The notes beneath the pieces are model-generated. The model had not been told where the DNA came from, did not search any database, and worked only from the letters and a program-made list of their open reading frames with translations. Below, in pieces: positions 22,258-35,328 of a stretch of 64,000 nt of DNA. The position numbers and the translations under genes are program-made. Position 1 is the first letter of the stretch. Each line of letters begins with the position of its first letter. This DNA is from a candidate division FCPU426 bacterium (lineage in GTDB: Bacteria > Oederibacteriota > Muellerivitia > Muellerivitales > Muellerivitaceae): NCBI GenBank assembly GCA_963771075.1, contig CAVYSE010000009.1:32001-96000 (forward strand). The letters run 5' to 3'.

Positions 22258-25200
22258 TTATGCCTGGTCAAGGCTTTTTTTCTCTGAAATCTCCAATTCG
22301 CCTTTAAATTCACCATCATCCAAAATCATCTCCGCCACTGGAGGAGCCGAAGCAATGCCAGCAGGCAAGGCCTCCTCCGGTTCGTCGACGTTGATAACCA
22401 ACGACTTGTAGCTGGGGCTACCCGTACCCGCTGGAATTAAATGACCCATAATCACATTTTCTTTAAGTCCCCGCAGATCATCGACTTTTCCCGATACAGC
22501 CGCCTCGGTTAAAACCTTGGTGGTTTCCTGGAAACTTGCCGCAGAAATGAAACTTTCTGTTCCTAAGGAAGCCTTCGTAATTCCCAAGAGAATTGGCCGG
22601 GCTGTCGCGGGTTTTTGATCCTTGTCCGACACCCGATCATTTTCTTTTTTAAATTTTCCTTTATCGACCTGCTGTTTGGGTAGGAACTCTGTTTCCCCGG
22701 GTTCTTGAATCACGACCTTGCGCATCATTTGGCGAACAATCACCTCAATGTGCTTGTCGTTAATACGAACCCCCTGAAGGCGGTAAACTTCCTGAACCTT
22801 TGAGAGCAGATATTCTTGAACAGCCGCTTCCCCCTGTACCTCAAGGATATCGTGGGGATCAACCGCTCCATCCGTAAGAGCGTCCCCAGCGCGTACAAAA
22901 TCTCCTTCATGCGTATTCATGTGTTTGCCATAGGGTATGGCATATTCCTCTTCAACCGTCTTCTTCCCTTCAGTGTTAGTCAAAATAATGCGCTGGTACC
23001 CCTTGGACGCCGTACCATAACCCACGGTTCCACTGATTTTTGCTATGACGGCGTTGTTTTTGGGGCGCCGGGCCTCAAAAAGCTCTGCGACTCGAGGGAG
23101 ACCGCCGGTAATGTCTCGGGTTTTCGAAATTTCTCGGGGTATCTTCGCAAGCACATCTCCGGCCATAATTTTATCCCCATCCATCGCGTTAATGAGGGAA
23201 CCCGTAGGAAGACGATAACTCTTAATTGCCTCCCCGGTTTCATGGTTCATGATTACGCAACGAGGTGATAAATTTTCGTCCTTGTACTCCATGATGGCTC
23301 GTTCCATGAGCCCGGTTGATTCATCAATTTCTTCCCGAACCGTGACACCCCTTATAACGTCCTGAAGTTTAATAGTCCCGCTCACTTCTGTAAAAATCGG
23401 AACTTTGTAGAGATCCCAATGAGCAAGAATCTGGCCTTCTTTAACCTGTCCGTCTTCCCTGACCTTCAGGGTTGATCCGAAGGGAACCACAAAATTTTCC
23501 ATGGCCCTTCCCTTTTCGTCATAAACAGAAATTTCACCGTTTCGATTTAAAACGATGTATTCCTTATTTCGGTTCTCAACTAACTTCAAGTTATGAAAAC
23601 GAACCCTTCCATTTTTGGTAGATTCGATTTTGGATTGCTCTAAAGCGCGGCTGGCTGCTCCACCGACGTGGAAAGTCCGGAGGGTCAACTGGGTTCCGGG
23701 TTCGCCGATGGATTGGGCTGCAATAATCCCCACCGCTTCCCCAATTTGAACCAAACGGCCATTCGCCATATTTACGCCGTAACATTTTGCGCAAACACCT
23801 CGTTCCAACTCGCATGTCAGGACTGAACGAACCCGAATCTGTTCAATTCCAGCTTCTTCCAGCTTTTCACCTATTTCTTCCGTGATTACCTGGCCGGATT
23901 TTACGATAACCTCGCTGGTCAGCAGGTTGGCCACATTATCCACAGCGATACGACCCGCGATACGATCCCTCAAAGGTTCAATGATCTCAATGCCTTCTTT
24001 GATGGCCCCTACGCGGATTCCGTTCACCGTTTTACAATCCTCGGCGTTGATAATTACTTCTTGAGCCACATCCACCAATCGGCGTGTCAAATAACCGGCA
24101 TCGGCTGTTTTCAGGGCTGTGTCCGCCAAACCCTTCCGGGCTCCGTGCGTTGAAATGAAGTATTCCAGGACCGTTAGACCTTCCCTGAAATTTGCAGTAA
24201 TAGGCGATTCGATAATTTCCCCGATCGACCCGGTGATCTTTTGCAGAGGTTTCGCCATAAGACCGCGCATCCCAGCCAGCTGGCGTATTTGCATTTTCGA
24301 TCCGCGTGCCCCGGAATCGGCCATCATATAAATAGGATTAAAACCATAGGCGTCTTTTTTCAAATTCTCGAACATGACCTCAGCGATCTCGTCCGTCGTA
24401 TGTGTCCAGATATCGATGACTTTGTTATAGCGCTCACCCGCAGTTATGATTCCTTTTTTATATTGGTTCTCAATCTCAGCCACTTCTTTATATGAGCGCT
24501 TTAAAATTTCAGGTTTGTCTTTCGGAATCTTCATATCTTCGATGGAAACGGTGATCCCCGCCCGAGTGGCAAAACGGAAACCAATATCCTTTATATTGTC
24601 CAAAAGCTTGACCGTTACATCCTGGCCCAATTTTTCATAAGAAAGAGCTACCAAATCACCCAATTCTTTCTTGGTCATAACCCTGTTTACATAGGGCAGA
24701 TCGGCCGGAATGATCTGGTTGAAAAGAACTCGTCCAACCGTTGTATCGATCAATTTGCTCCCATTGGGCCGTACCTTGATTTTGGCGTGAATTCCGACCT
24801 TCTTTTCCTCAAACGCTATAATCACCTCTTGTGGACTGGAAAAAACTTTCCCCTCTCCCAAATCCCCCGGTTTTTCTTTCGTTAAATAATAGGAACCCAG
24901 AACGATGTCCTGGGTCGGCGTGACAATAGGCCGACCATTTGAAGTGGAATTGATGTTATTGGTTGAAAGCATCAGGAATCTGGCTTCCATTTGAGCTTCA
25001 CTCGATAGGGGAACATGGACAGCCATCTGGTCCCCGTCAAAATCCGCATTAAAAGCCGTGCAAACGAGGGGATGAATCTGAATCGCACGCCCCTCAATCA
25101 ATACCGGCTGGAATGCTTGAATGCCTTGGCGATGAAGGGTCGGAGCTCGATTGAGCAATACATGGTGGTCCCGAATGACTTCCGCCAGGATATCCCAAAC

Positions 25201-26508
25201 TTCAGGCTTGACCCTTTCCACCATCTTTCGAGCGCTTTTAATAGTATGGACATACCCACGGTCTTCCAATTTTTTGATGATGAAAGGTTTGAAGAGTTCT
25301 AAGGCCATTTTTTTCGGAAGGCCGCATTGATGCATTTTTAGCTCGGGTCCCACCACAATGACCGAACGGCCCGAATAATCCACGCGTTTCCCAAGAAGAT
25401 TTTGGCGGAATCGGCCTTGCTTTCCCTTCAACATATCTGAAAGGGATTTCAGGGGTCGGTTACCAGGCCCTCGCACGGCGTGGCCACGACGTCCATTATC
25501 CAAAAGGGCATCGACCGCTTCCTGCAACATGCGTTTTTCATTTCGCACGATAACTTCCGGCGCGTGCAATTCCAGGAGTTTTTTCAACCGGTTGTTGCGG
25601 TTGATCACCCGGCGATATAGATCGTTCAAATCGGAAGTGGCGAATCGGCCCCCGTCCAGCGGAACCAACGGACGAAGCTCGGGTGGGATAACCGGAAGAA
25701 CTTCCAGGAACATCCATTCAGGTTTGTTGTCACTTTTTCGAAAGCTTTCGATCACCTTTAGTCGTTTGATTAAGGTCTTACGTTTTTGCTCGCTGGTGGT
25801 CTGCTTCATTTGAACCCGCAATTTTTTGTCGAGATCTTCCAGATCGACAGCGCGAATCAAATCCCGGACCGCTTCCGCTCCCATCTTGGCCTTCAATGAA
25901 GCTCCATATTCAACGCGGAGTTTTTGATATTCATCCTCGCTTAAAAGCTGTCCTATTTCTGCAGGTGCTTTCCCAGGGTCCGTGACCACATAAGACTCGT
26001 AGTAAATAACCCTTTCCAAGTTCCGAGTGGACATCTCCAATAAATAGCCCATCCGTGAAGGAACACCCTTCAGGTACCATATATGGGAAACCAAACACGC
26101 GAGTTCGATATGTCCCATGCGTTCCCGGCGGACCTTGGCCTGGGTAACTTCAACACCGCATCGATCACAAATGACATCCTTATATTTAATCCGCTTATAT
26201 TTGCCACAAGCGCATTCCCAGTCCTTGGTGGGACCAAAAATCTTCTCGCAAAACAACCCATTCTTTTCGGGTTTAAAAGTTCGATAATTGATAGTTTCAG
26301 GCTTTTTCACTTCTCCATGGGACCAGGAGCGAATGGTTTCCGGTGATGCCAACCCAATTTTAATTGCATCAAACCTTTGGGTTTCCCTCATCAGGTTCTC
26401 TAATACGGTTTTTTTCTCGGCAACCGAAGTGATGGAAGGAGCCTCCATTGGCTCCAAAGCGGCCATTTCATTATTTTCTTCGGGGGCTGTGGGTTTGGTT
26501 TGACTCAT
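22258..26508 (-). CDS. rpoC: RNA polymerase beta' subunit
   Basis: NADFDGDQM active site; large trigger-loop insertion (SI3-like) between TFHVGG and DITGGLPR. Confidence 0.99.
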   Translation of the reverse strand: MSQTKPTAPEENNEMAALEPMEAPSITSVAEKKTVLENLMRETQRFDAIKIGLASPETIRSWSHGEVKKPETINYRTFKPEKNGLFCEKIFGPTKDWECACGKYKRIKYKDVICDRCGVEVTQAKVRRERMGHIELACLVSHIWYLKGVPSRMGYLLEMSTRNLERVIYYESYVVTDPGKAPAEIGQLLSEDEYQKLRVEYGASLKAKMGAEAVRDLIRAVDLEDLDKKLRVQMKQTTSEQKRKTLIKRLKVIESFRKSDNKPEWMFLEVLPVIPPELRPLVPLDGGRFATSDLNDLYRRVINRNNRLKKLLELHAPEVIVRNEKRMLQEAVDALLDNGRRGHAVRGPGNRPLKSLSDMLKGKQGRFRQNLLGKRVDYSGRSVIVVGPELKMHQCGLPKKMALELFKPFIIKKLEDRGYVHTIKSARKMVERVKPEVWDILAEVIRDHHVLLNRAPTLHRQGIQAFQPVLIEGRAIQIHPLVCTAFNADFDGDQMAVHVPLSSEAQMEARFLMLSTNNINSTSNGRPIVTPTQDIVLGSYYLTKEKPGDLGEGKVFSSPQEVIIAFEEKKVGIHAKIKVRPNGSKLIDTTVGRVLFNQIIPADLPYVNRVMTKKELGDLVALSYEKLGQDVTVKLLDNIKDIGFRFATRAGITVSIEDMKIPKDKPEILKRSYKEVAEIENQYKKGIITAGERYNKVIDIWTHTTDEIAEVMFENLKKDAYGFNPIYMMADSGARGSKMQIRQLAGMRGLMAKPLQKITGSIGEIIESPITANFREGLTVLEYFISTHGARKGLADTALKTADAGYLTRRLVDVAQEVIINAEDCKTVNGIRVGAIKEGIEIIEPLRDRIAGRIAVDNVANLLTSEVIVKSGQVITEEIGEKLEEAGIEQIRVRSVLTCELERGVCAKCYGVNMANGRLVQIGEAVGIIAAQSIGEPGTQLTLRTFHVGGAASRALEQSKIESTKNGRVRFHNLKLVENRNKEYIVLNRNGEISVYDEKGRAMENFVVPFGSTLKVREDGQVKEGQILAHWDLYKVPIFTEVSGTIKLQDVIRGVTVREEIDESTGLMERAIMEYKDENLSPRCVIMNHETGEAIKSYRLPTGSLINAMDGDKIMAGDVLAKIPREISKTRDITGGLPRVAELFEARRPKNNAVIAKISGTVGYGTASKGYQRIILTNTEGKKTVEEEYAIPYGKHMNTHEGDFVRAGDALTDGAVDPHDILEVQGEAAVQEYLLSKVQEVYRLQGVRINDKHIEVIVRQMMRKVVIQEPGETEFLPKQQVDKGKFKKENDRVSDKDQKPATARPILLGITKASLGTESFISAASFQETTKVLTEAAVSGKVDDLRGLKENVIMGHLIPAGTGSPSYKSLVINVDEPEEALPAGIASAPPVAEMILDDGEFKGELEISEKKSLDQA

Positions 26509-26518
26509 GGGTCCCCTC

Positions 26519-29500
26519 CTAATTGGAATTTTTCAGCAATTTAACATCCAAACAAAGACCTTGTAGTTCCTTGACCAATACGTTAAACGACTCGGGCACA
26601 CCCGGTTCGGGGGAGTTTTTGCCCTTGACAATCGATTCATAAACTTTGGTCCGGCCTTGCACGTCATCCGACTTTACAGTCAATAGCTCCTGCAATGTAT
26701 AAGCCGCTCCATAAGCTTCTAAGGCCCAGACCTCCATTTCTCCGAAGCGCTGACCACCGAATTGAGCCTTACCGCCTAGAGGTTGTTGCGTTATCAGTGA
26801 ATAGGGCCCGATCGATCGTGCGTGAATCTTGTCATCCACCAAATGGGCCAGTTTCAAGATATATATATATCCCACAGTCACTTCCTGATCGAACTGCTCT
26901 CCAGACATTCCGTCAAATAGATTGATCTTTCCCGTCTCGGGCAAGCCTTGTTCCTTGAGAGCTTTGCGAATCTCTTCTTCCCGCGCTCCGTCAAACACAG
27001 GAGATGAAACATGATATCCACCCTCAGCTGCGGCCCATCCCAGGTGTGTTTCCAATATCTGACCCACGTTCATACGAGAAGGAACGCCGAGGGGATTGAG
27101 TATGATGTCCACCGGCCGACCATTGGGCAGGTACGGCATGTCTTCCACAGGTACAATCTTGGAGACAACACCTTTATTCCCATGGCGTCCTGCCATCTTA
27201 TCCCCAACGGAAAGCTTCCGTTTCTTGGCGATATATACCTTCACCAGTTTGATGACACCCGGGGGAAGTTCATCCCCTTTTTTGACTTTTTCGATCTCGT
27301 TGTTCTTGTCCCGTTCAATATCACGGACTCGGTTTTCCAAAACCTCTTTCAAGCGCTTGATTTCCTCATCATTCTTTTCTTCCAGTTCAGACCTTTCCGA
27401 TTTGTTCAACCCTTGAGATTTCTCTTCCAGTTGTTTTTGAAGGGAAGCTATACGATTCTCATTTTCTTTTTCGAGTTGACGGACCTGATGGGCAGAATCT
27501 TTTTCGATGGCCTTCACCAGGGAGGCGTCCCGGCCCTTAATTTTTTCGTCTTTTTCCTTGCGTTTGAACACCTTGACATCTATGACCTTGCCCTCAACCC
27601 CCGGGGGAACCCTTAAAGAGGCGTCTCTCACATCGCCGGCTTTTTCCCCGAAAATGGCGCGCAACAGTTTTTCCTCAGGTGTCAATTCAGTCTCACCCTT
27701 CGGGGTCACTTTTCCAACCAAGATATCGCCTGGAACAACCTCCGCTCCTATTCGAACGATGCCATCTTCGTCCAAATCTTTCAGTGCCTCATCCCCGACA
27801 TTGGGGATATCCCTCGTTATTTCCTCTTTGCCCAGCTTGGTATCACGGGCCTCCAACTCGAACTCCTCGACGTGGACGGAGGTGAAATAGTCCTCCCGCA
27901 CCAATTTTTCAGAAACAATAATGGCATCTTCAAAGTTAAACCCCCTCCAGGGCATGAAAGCCACCAGCAAATTCCGGCCCAGCGCCAATTCACCCTGGTC
28001 CGTGGAAGGTCCATCGGCGATTACATCGCCCTTTTTGACTTTTTCGCCTTTTTTCACGATGGGTCGTTGATTGATACAGGTGTCTTGGTTGGAACGTTTA
28101 TATTTAGTTAGTTTGTAAATATCGACTGAGCCCGTTATGTCTTCCCCATCGGCGAAAATAATAATCTCGTCCGATGAAACGCCTGCCACCACCCCGTCTC
28201 GCTTTGCGATAACCAAGACTCCCGAATCATAGGCGGCTTTGTATTCCATGCCCGTTCCCACAAAGGGTGCCTCAGTTCGGATCAAGGGCACAGCCTGACG
28301 TTGCATGTTAGAGCCCATGAGGGCGCGGTTAGCGTCATCATGTTCCAAAAAAGGGATCAGGGAGGTAGCCACCGAAAACAACTGCCGTGGGGAAACATCC
28401 ATGTAATGAATATCATTGGCCGTCACCAAGGGAAAATCATCTTTTGATCGGGCTGCAATGATATCACCTGAAAATTTGCTATTTTCATCCAGGGGGGTGT
28501 TCGCCTGGGCAATAATATATTTATCCGCGTCATCCGCCGGTAAGAATTCAATTTTTTTCGAGACTTTTCCCCCTTCCACACGACGTAAGGGAGTGGTCAC
28601 GAAACCATATTCGTTGATCTGGGCGTAAGTGGAAAGGGACGCAATCAAACCAATATTGGGACCTTCCGGGGTCTCGATGGGGCAAACCCGCCCATAATGT
28701 GTGTGATGAACGTCTCGAACCTCGAAACCAGCCCTTTCCCGGTTCAAACCGCCTGGACCCAAGGCTGATAGACGGCGCTTGTGTGTTAATTCCGCAAGAG
28801 GGTTAGTTTGATCCATAAATTGAGATAACTGGGAGGTACCGAAAAATTCCTTGACAGCTGCCGTAATGGGTTTGGTGGAAATCAATTGGCTTGGCATAGG
28901 ATTCATATCCATATCAACGATAGACATGCGCTCCCGTACCGCTCGCTCCATCCGGGTGAAACCAAGACGTAGTTTATTCTCCAGTAATTCCCCGGCGGTC
29001 CGAACCCGGCGGTTTCCCAAATGATCGATATCGTCCTTTTCTCCTTTGCCGTTGCAAAGATCGAAAAGATACCGAATGATGCAAACCAAATCTTCCTTTG
29101 AGATCGTCCGCTGATCCATGAGAGTCTTCAGTCCCAGTTTCTTATTCATTTTATAGCGGCCCACGCGGGCCAAGTCGTACCGGCGTTTGTTGAAGAAAAG
29201 GTTATCCATCAAGTTCTTTGCGTTCTCTAGGGTCGGTGGATCCCCGGGGCGCATTTTTTTGTAAACCTCAACCAGAGCCGTTTCAGTCGAGTGAGTATTG
29301 TCTTTGCGGATGGTGTTGAGGACGGAAACTTCACTCGGGTTTGACGGCACAGCCTTGACCGATTTCACGTTGAGTTTCTTCAGAACAGCAATGACCTCGG
29401 AAGCAAAATCCGCACCAGCCTCCACGATCACTTCTCCAGTTTCGGGGTTGGCCACATCTTGGGCCGCCGCCTTGCCCGCAAGTTTTTTCTCTGAAACTTC

Positions 29501-30208
29501 ACAGTTCTCAACATCGAAAAATATTTTCAAAATGTCCTCATCCGAGGAAAAACCCCAGGCGCGCAAAAGGGTGGATGCCACAAATTTTCGTTTTCGATCA
29601 ATGCGGGCAAATAAAATACCGTTCACGTCAAATTCGAACTCCAGCCAGCTGCCGTGGTAGGGAATGACGCTGGTCATGTACATTTTTTTGCCGGAACTGG
29701 AAAGTTTTCCGTCGTCTTCATCGAACGTCACGCCCGGAGAACGGTGAAGCTGGGAAACAATAACCCTTTCCGCCCCATTGATGAGGAAAGTTCCACGGTC
29801 CGTCATCATTGGGAGATCACAAAAGAACACTTCCTGTTCGCGAATATCCTTGACCTTCTTGGTTCCTGTTTCGGGATCTTCCTCTCGGATCACCAGACGC
29901 AGGGTTACCTTCATTGGGACGGAATAAGTCATTCCTCTTTCCTGGCATTCCCGGACATTGTATTTAGGATCTAACAAGGCGTAAGAAACGAATTCCAATG
30001 AGGAAACTTCATTAAAGTCCCAGATGGGGAACACACTAGCGAAAACTGATTGCAAACCCACATCTTGTCGGTTATCGCTCGTGTTGTCTTTCTGAAGAAA
30101 TGAGTCGTAAGACTTGCGTTGAAAATCAATAAGATCTGGCATCTCCATGATGCCGGGAATACGGCTGAAATCGATGCGTTCGCGACGACCATATTTCACT
30201 TTTTTCAC
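26519..30208 (-). CDS. rpoB: RNA polymerase beta subunit
   Basis: [47 protein letters not shown]. Confidence 0.99.
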   Translation of the reverse strand: MKKVKYGRRERIDFSRIPGIMEMPDLIDFQRKSYDSFLQKDNTSDNRQDVGLQSVFASVFPIWDFNEVSSLEFVSYALLDPKYNVRECQERGMTYSVPMKVTLRLVIREEDPETGTKKVKDIREQEVFFCDLPMMTDRGTFLINGAERVIVSQLHRSPGVTFDEDDGKLSSSGKKMYMTSVIPYHGSWLEFEFDVNGILFARIDRKRKFVASTLLRAWGFSSDEDILKIFFDVENCEVSEKKLAGKAAAQDVANPETGEVIVEAGADFASEVIAVLKKLNVKSVKAVPSNPSEVSVLNTIRKDNTHSTETALVEVYKKMRPGDPPTLENAKNLMDNLFFNKRRYDLARVGRYKMNKKLGLKTLMDQRTISKEDLVCIIRYLFDLCNGKGEKDDIDHLGNRRVRTAGELLENKLRLGFTRMERAVRERMSIVDMDMNPMPSQLISTKPITAAVKEFFGTSQLSQFMDQTNPLAELTHKRRLSALGPGGLNRERAGFEVRDVHHTHYGRVCPIETPEGPNIGLIASLSTYAQINEYGFVTTPLRRVEGGKVSKKIEFLPADDADKYIIAQANTPLDENSKFSGDIIAARSKDDFPLVTANDIHYMDVSPRQLFSVATSLIPFLEHDDANRALMGSNMQRQAVPLIRTEAPFVGTGMEYKAAYDSGVLVIAKRDGVVAGVSSDEIIIFADGEDITGSVDIYKLTKYKRSNQDTCINQRPIVKKGEKVKKGDVIADGPSTDQGELALGRNLLVAFMPWRGFNFEDAIIVSEKLVREDYFTSVHVEEFELEARDTKLGKEEITRDIPNVGDEALKDLDEDGIVRIGAEVVPGDILVGKVTPKGETELTPEEKLLRAIFGEKAGDVRDASLRVPPGVEGKVIDVKVFKRKEKDEKIKGRDASLVKAIEKDSAHQVRQLEKENENRIASLQKQLEEKSQGLNKSERSELEEKNDEEIKRLKEVLENRVRDIERDKNNEIEKVKKGDELPPGVIKLVKVYIAKKRKLSVGDKMAGRHGNKGVVSKIVPVEDMPYLPNGRPVDIILNPLGVPSRMNVGQILETHLGWAAAEGGYHVSSPVFDGAREEEIRKALKEQGLPETGKINLFDGMSGEQFDQEVTVGYIYILKLAHLVDDKIHARSIGPYSLITQQPLGGKAQFGGQRFGEMEVWALEAYGAAYTLQELLTVKSDDVQGRTKVYESIVKGKNSPEPGVPESFNVLVKELQGLCLDVKLLKNSN

Positions 30209-30243
30209 TTAAAAGCCCTCCGGGATGAAAAGGGGATGAACCC

Positions 30244-30278
30244 AAAAAAGAAAAACGAGAAAGGGGGTTTCTCGTTTT
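30244..30278 (-). terminator. Terminator-like hairpin (putative attenuator) in the rpoB leader
   Basis: Minus strand AAAACGAGAAA-CCCCC-TTTCTCGTTTT followed by TCTTTTTT. Confidence 0.6.
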
Positions 30279-30293
30279 GGGCAAAGAGGGGTG

Positions 30294-30323
30294 ATTATAC
30301 TGATATGATTTTCCAATAGTCAA
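30294..30323 (-). promoter_or_regulatory. Sigma70-type promoter for rpoBC
   Basis: TTGACT-18 nt-TATAAT; the -35 box overlaps the prmC stop codon. Confidence 0.7.
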
Positions 30324-31198
30324 CGCATTCTTGGGGTTTCTAGGCACAAAACCCGGGACAGACCCTGCAGGTCCGCAATAACCCTTTGACGCCCTGGAAA
30401 ACCCGAAAATATATTTCTGATTTTGTCAACGTTATTTGAATGTAATTCCAAGAAAGCCGCTCCGCCCTCATCCAGTTTTTGAGAAAGCAACTGGCCAATT
30501 TCTCGATAAACCCGTAAACCGTCCTGGCCCCCAAAAAGCGCCTCTTTTGGTTCAAAAAGCCTTATTTCCTCGTCCAATTCTTCTTTTTCCCCTTCCAAGA
30601 GATAGGGGGGGTTACTGATAATAACTTGAAATTTGTCTGGATCGGCTGGATTTAAAGCCTCAAAACAATTTCCCAATCGCCAATGGTAAATTCCGTCCGG
30701 ATGAATGGTTCTAGCGTTTTCTTTGGCTATTTCCAGGGCCTTTTCCGAAAGGTCCACCGCCCAAACTTCGACCGGCCATTCCTTCCCAATCGAAATGGCA
30801 ATACATCCGCTTCCCGTTCCCAGATCTAATACTTTGGAGTGGGGGCAGGCATTGCCTCTTAAAAACTCCAAAGCGGTTTCAACCAAATGCTCCGTTTCGG
30901 GCCTAGGGATAAGAACTCCCGGGTTCACCTTAAAAGAATGTCCAAAGAATTCCCTTTTTCCGAGAATGTATTGCAATGGCTCGCGCCCGGCCCGACGTTT
31001 CATGAAATTTCTGAGGTGGTCAAGTTCCTCCATGCTTAATGGACGGTCGAATTGAAGATAAACTTTCAACCGGTCAATTCCCAATGCATGGGCAATCATG
31101 CATTCTGCGTCAAGGCGAGCGGTTTTAATCCCCTTTTGGCTTAAATATGGGATTGCCCACTGAAGGATTTTTAAAGGAGTCCAAACTTCCCGACTCAT
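30320..31198 (-). CDS. prmC: Release factor glutamine methyltransferase
   Basis: EPLQYILG, VLIPRPETE, LDLGTGSG, SNPPY; start at MSREVW. Confidence 0.97.
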   Translation of the reverse strand: MSREVWTPLKILQWAIPYLSQKGIKTARLDAECMIAHALGIDRLKVYLQFDRPLSMEELDHLRNFMKRRAGREPLQYILGKREFFGHSFKVNPGVLIPRPETEHLVETALEFLRGNACPHSKVLDLGTGSGCIAISIGKEWPVEVWAVDLSEKALEIAKENARTIHPDGIYHWRLGNCFEALNPADPDKFQVIISNPPYLLEGEKEELDEEIRLFEPKEALFGGQDGLRVYREIGQLLSQKLDEGGAAFLELHSNNVDKIRNIFSGFPGRQRVIADLQGLSRVLCLETPRMR

Positions 31199-31274
31199 AT
31201 CAGCCCTTTCTAAATCCCGAGGAATTAGACTCTCAAATTGTTGGTTGAACCGATTCAGTGAAAATCGATATCCC

Positions 31275-32351
31275 TTATGGTTCAATTTCCTGGAGTTTTT
31301 CCTCTTGATCCGCCAATGCCAGCGCATTGATAAATTCGTCGATTTCGCCGTCCATTACGCGGTCTAGTTTATAGATCGTCAAACCGATTCTGTGATCGGT
31401 CACTCGATTTTGAGGGAAATTATATGTTCGGATTTTTTCACTTCGATCCCCGCTTCCAACCATGCTCTTGCGCGTTGCGGAAACCTTAGCATTGGCTTCC
31501 TCATCGGCCTTTTCCTGAAGACGTGCGGCAAGAACCTTCATTGCTTTGGCCTTGTTCTTCAACTGGGAACGTTCATCCTGGCATTGCACCACTAACCCGG
31601 AGGGAAGGTGTGTGATTCGTACCGCCGAATAGGTTGTGTTCACGCTTTGACCACCCGCACCCGAGGAACAAAAGGTGTCGATTTTCAGGTCCATTTCCTT
31701 AATCTGGATCTCCACCTCATCCACTTCGGGTAGTACAGCGACCGTTGCCGCAGAAGTATGGATACGGCCCGATGCTTCCGTCCGAGGAACACGTTGAACC
31801 CGGTGAGTCCCGCTTTCATATCGCAATTTTCCGTAAGCGCCCTTTCCCAAAACATTGAATACGACCTCCTTGAATCCGCCGATTTCCGTGGATGTGGTGG
31901 AAATCAATTCCATGCGGAAACCCGCTCGCTCCAAGTATCGAGAATACATTCGCAAAAGGTCTGAGGCAAAGAGCGCCGCCTCCTCACCCCCGGTCCCAGC
32001 ACGTATCTCGAGAAAAACGTTTCGATCTTGGTAAGGATCCTTCGGTATCAAGAGCAGGCGGACCTCTTTTTCCATACCTAGAAGCTTTTCCTCCAGTTTC
32101 GGCAATTCGTCGGAGGCGAGGTTTCTCATTTCAGGATCACCATCGGACAATAACACTTTCGCTTCATCCCTTTCTTTTAGGCATTGGAAATATTCTCCCG
32201 CCTTTAAAGCTAAAAGACTTAGGTCGGAATGTTCTTTAGTTAATTTTTGAAGTTCAGCCGACCCGGACAAGGTATCGGGACGCATGAGCCTTTCGGAAAG
32301 CTCCGAATATCGTCTTTGGGCTTGAATTAATTTAGATTCGATCATACTCAA
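31275..32351 (-). CDS. prfA: Peptide chain release factor 1
   Basis: PRT anticodon tripeptide (RVPRTE) and GGQ motif. Confidence 0.98.
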   Translation of the reverse strand: MSMIESKLIQAQRRYSELSERLMRPDTLSGSAELQKLTKEHSDLSLLALKAGEYFQCLKERDEAKVLLSDGDPEMRNLASDELPKLEEKLLGMEKEVRLLLIPKDPYQDRNVFLEIRAGTGGEEAALFASDLLRMYSRYLERAGFRMELISTTSTEIGGFKEVVFNVLGKGAYGKLRYESGTHRVQRVPRTEASGRIHTSAATVAVLPEVDEVEIQIKEMDLKIDTFCSSGAGGQSVNTTYSAVRITHLPSGLVVQCQDERSQLKNKAKAMKVLAARLQEKADEEANAKVSATRKSMVGSGDRSEKIRTYNFPQNRVTDHRIGLTIYKLDRVMDGEIDEFINALALADQEEKLQEIEP

Positions 32352-32375
32352 CCTATAAGTTTGAATTTCTTTAAC

Positions 32376-32414
32376 AAAAAATAAAAAACGCCCTTGAGGG
32401 ATTCAAGGGCGTTT
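32376..32414 (-). terminator. Intrinsic terminator after rpmE
   Basis: Minus strand AAACGCCCTTGA-ATCCC-TCAAGGGCGTTT followed by TTTATTTTTT. Confidence 0.8.
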
Positions 32415-32432
32415 GAATATGGGGGGGAAAAG

Positions 32433-32750
32433 CTATTTAGTTGTTTTATCGGCGGGAGGAGGTGCAGCGGCTCGTTTTGCCTTTTTGGCCGCTGCGGCCA
32501 CGGCCTTCGCTTCTAAACGGGCCTGGTTCTCTGCCTGGGCGGTGGCAGCAGAGGCAGATTTCTTTTGAAACTTTTCAACGCGTCCGGCCATATCCAAAAG
32601 CTTAATTTTTCCCGTAAAAAAGGGATGGCAAGCGGAGCAAACTTCCACCGAGTAACCTTCTCCTTTGGTGGTTGCCGTTTCAATTACATTTCCGCAAGCA
32701 CAGGTAATGCGGGCCTTTTGATATTTTGGATGGATTCCTGTTTGCATCAC
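32433..32750 (-). CDS. rpmE: 50S ribosomal protein L31 (Zn form, Ala/Lys-rich tail)
   Basis: IHPKY, CACGN, CSACHPFFTG, GRVEKF. Confidence 0.97.
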   Translation of the reverse strand: MMQTGIHPKYQKARITCACGNVIETATTKGEGYSVEVCSACHPFFTGKIKLLDMAGRVEKFQKKSASAATAQAENQARLEAKAVAAAAKKAKRAAAPPPADKTTK

Positions 32751-32893
32751 GACACTCCGATCAATGGGCTTTTTCCTATTGGCCGCCTAAAGTAGCGGTT
32801 CAGGGTGAGTTAGTTTAGGCGAAAACCACTAAAAATCAATATTTATAGCTAACGATATCGAAAAACCATAGGCACCCAAGGCACCTTCTAACT

Positions 32894-33838
32894 CTATTGG
32901 ACTAGATAAAGCAAAGGATTTTGAGGTTTACCATCTACCCGGATTTCAAAGTGAAGATGGGGACCTGTGACATTCCCTGATTCCCCCACTTTCCCAATCA
33001 GTTCGCCCCTTTTCACAACTTTTCCGACTTTCACCAAAATTTTATCCAAATGGGCATAGTAGGAAGTGATACCTTGCCCATGATTCAGGATTATCAATCG
33101 GCCATATCCTGCTCGGGTCCCCGCAAATATGACTTTACCATCCTGAGATGCAACTACACGAGCTCCCAAGCCCGGCGCTAGATCTAGTCCTTCATGAAAA
33201 ACGACCTGATGGGTAATGGGATGCATTCGTTTTCCGAAACCATCCGCAAACCGGCCGGTAGTGGGCTTTAAAAAGCCCCTTTGTAACTGTAGGGATATCA
33301 AGGCAATCCATCGCGGATCACGGGAGGAAAGATAAGGGGCCCCGGGCAACAACAGGATATCCCCCGGGTGAACATCTTCATCCCCTCGGATACGGTTCAT
33401 CTTTAAAAGGTCCCGAAAAGGGATTCCATACGCACGTGCGATGTCGGATAGACCTTGGCCCAACAATATCACGTGAAATATTCCGTCTTTTGAGGGAACC
33501 AGCAAATCCGTCCCTGCGGGTGGAATCCGACCATCGTTTGCTTGATTAAGACTGCGAAGGGTAGTCTCCATTAATCCCATTCGGGTCGCGATGGTCTGAA
33601 AGGTGTCCCCCGCCACTGGGTGGTAAATCGCAAAAGTTAAACCAGGGACATGCGAGTGGGGAATTTCCTCGAGTGAAACAGGCGAAGGGGGAGGCGAGGC
33701 CGTCAGGAGGTCTTTAAGCCTTGGACTCCCCTCATAAACCGTCCAAAAAAGCATACCTAACCAAAGAAAAAACAGGACCGCCGAGATTATCGCAAAAACG
33801 GTGACGGCCCCCCGTCCTGGATGTCGGGGTTCCCTCAT
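32894..33838 (-). CDS. Membrane-anchored LysM plus M23 peptidase
   Basis: N-terminal TM, two LysM-like repeats, HEGLD and GPHLHFE Zn motifs. Confidence 0.9.
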   Translation of the reverse strand: MREPRHPGRGAVTVFAIISAVLFFLWLGMLFWTVYEGSPRLKDLLTASPPPSPVSLEEIPHSHVPGLTFAIYHPVAGDTFQTIATRMGLMETTLRSLNQANDGRIPPAGTDLLVPSKDGIFHVILLGQGLSDIARAYGIPFRDLLKMNRIRGDEDVHPGDILLLPGAPYLSSRDPRWIALISLQLQRGFLKPTTGRFADGFGKRMHPITHQVVFHEGLDLAPGLGARVVASQDGKVIFAGTRAGYGRLIILNHGQGITSYYAHLDKILVKVGKVVKRGELIGKVGESGNVTGPHLHFEIRVDGKPQNPLLYLVQ

Positions 33839-33841
33839 GGC

Positions 33842-35101
33842 TTAATCGTTTAGGGTTCCCTTCATGGATTCCAGGAAAGCCTTGTTCGTTTTGGCGCGGC
33901 GCATCTTGTCCAATAAAAATTCCATGGCCTCGACTGGATTGTTGGGGTTTAGGATTTTTCGTAGAATCCAAACCTTGTTCAATTCCTCTTCGGTCATGAG
34001 CAATTCCTCACGCCGGGTTCCAGACCGTGTGATGTCAAAGGCCGGGAAAACACGCCGGTCGGCCAGTTTACGGTCCAGAATGATTTCCATATTACCTGTA
34101 CCTTTGAATTCCTCAAAAATTACTTCATCCATGCGGCTTCCGGTATCAATCAGGGCGGTCGCGATAATAGTTAAGCTGCCCCCTTCCTCGAGATCACGCG
34201 CAGCTCCGAAGAATCGCTTGGGGCGTTGAAGAGCGTTCGAGTCCACTCCGCCGGAAAGCACCTTTCCCGATGATGGTACGATCGTATTGTAAGCTCGGCC
34301 CAGACGGGTGATGGAATCCAGCAAAATCACCACATCCCGTTTATGCTCCACTAGCCGTTTGGCTTTTTCAATGATGATTTCGGCCACCGTCACATGCCGC
34401 TCGGGTGGCTCGTCAAAAGTGGAGGAAACCACCTCGCCTTTGACAGAGCGTTGCATATCGGTCACTTCCTCAGGTCGTTCATCAATCAAAAGTACGATCA
34501 AATAAACCTCAGGATGGTTTTTGGTGATACTGTTGGCGATTTTTTGAAGGAGAATTGTTTTACCCGTGCGGGGAGGGGCGACCACTAGACCGCGTTGTCC
34601 TTTTCCCAGAGGGATGAGAAGATCCATCACACGAGTGGAAAGATCGTCCGGGGTGGTTTCTAGCCAAATGCGCTTATTGGGATAGACGGGGGTCATGTTG
34701 TCAAAAAGAACTTTTTGTTTCACGGCCTCGGGCGGATCAAAATTGATGGTATCCACTTTCAGTAGCGCGAAATAACGTTCCCCTTCCTTGGGCGGCCGGA
34801 CTTGGCCTGTAACCGTGTCGCCGGTTCGAAGGTTAAAACGCCTTATTTGAGATGGGGAAACATAGATATCATCCGGGCCCGGAAGGTAATTGTAATTTGC
34901 CGACCGAAGAAATCCGAAACCGTCAGGCAGTATTTCCAGTACCCCCTCGGCGTTAATCACGCCATTGCGCTGAGTCTGGGTTTCCAAGAGCTTGAAGATG
35001 AGGTCCTGCTTCTTCATGGCGCTGATTCCCTCGAGCTTCAACTCCCCCGCCATTTCCGTCAATTCGGCGATAGTCTTTTTCTTCAAGTCGGCGATATCCA
35101 T
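33842..35101 (-). CDS. rho: Transcription termination factor Rho
   Basis: [30 protein letters not shown]. Confidence 0.99.
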   Translation of the reverse strand: MDIADLKKKTIAELTEMAGELKLEGISAMKKQDLIFKLLETQTQRNGVINAEGVLEILPDGFGFLRSANYNYLPGPDDIYVSPSQIRRFNLRTGDTVTGQVRPPKEGERYFALLKVDTINFDPPEAVKQKVLFDNMTPVYPNKRIWLETTPDDLSTRVMDLLIPLGKGQRGLVVAPPRTGKTILLQKIANSITKNHPEVYLIVLLIDERPEEVTDMQRSVKGEVVSSTFDEPPERHVTVAEIIIEKAKRLVEHKRDVVILLDSITRLGRAYNTIVPSSGKVLSGGVDSNALQRPKRFFGAARDLEEGGSLTIIATALIDTGSRMDEVIFEEFKGTGNMEIILDRKLADRRVFPAFDITRSGTRREELLMTEEELNKVWILRKILNPNNPVEAMEFLLDKMRRAKTNKAFLESMKGTLND

Positions 35102-35328
35102 AAAAGCTTCTTTCCTTTCAAAAAGTGTTGTTTTAATTCCCAGCGCGAGTTCAAGGTGATGAGCGATTACTGCCTGGCGAAAAGCCCGGCAATGTCAGTT
35201 TGAAGGAAGTTCCAGAGGTTAAAAAAAATCGGAATAACCGCTCGTTAATGGATTTAATTCGGGCTTGGGAAACGAACCACCGGGGGTTCAACGAAAGACT
35301 GGCAACTGCTTTTCGTTAATGACAATTC

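Noticed and set aside
28760..28850. Intrinsic rifampicin-resistance substitutions in RpoB
   Set aside because: The Asp, His and Ser equivalent to E. coli 516, 526 and 531 are intact; NPLAEL is a common natural variant.
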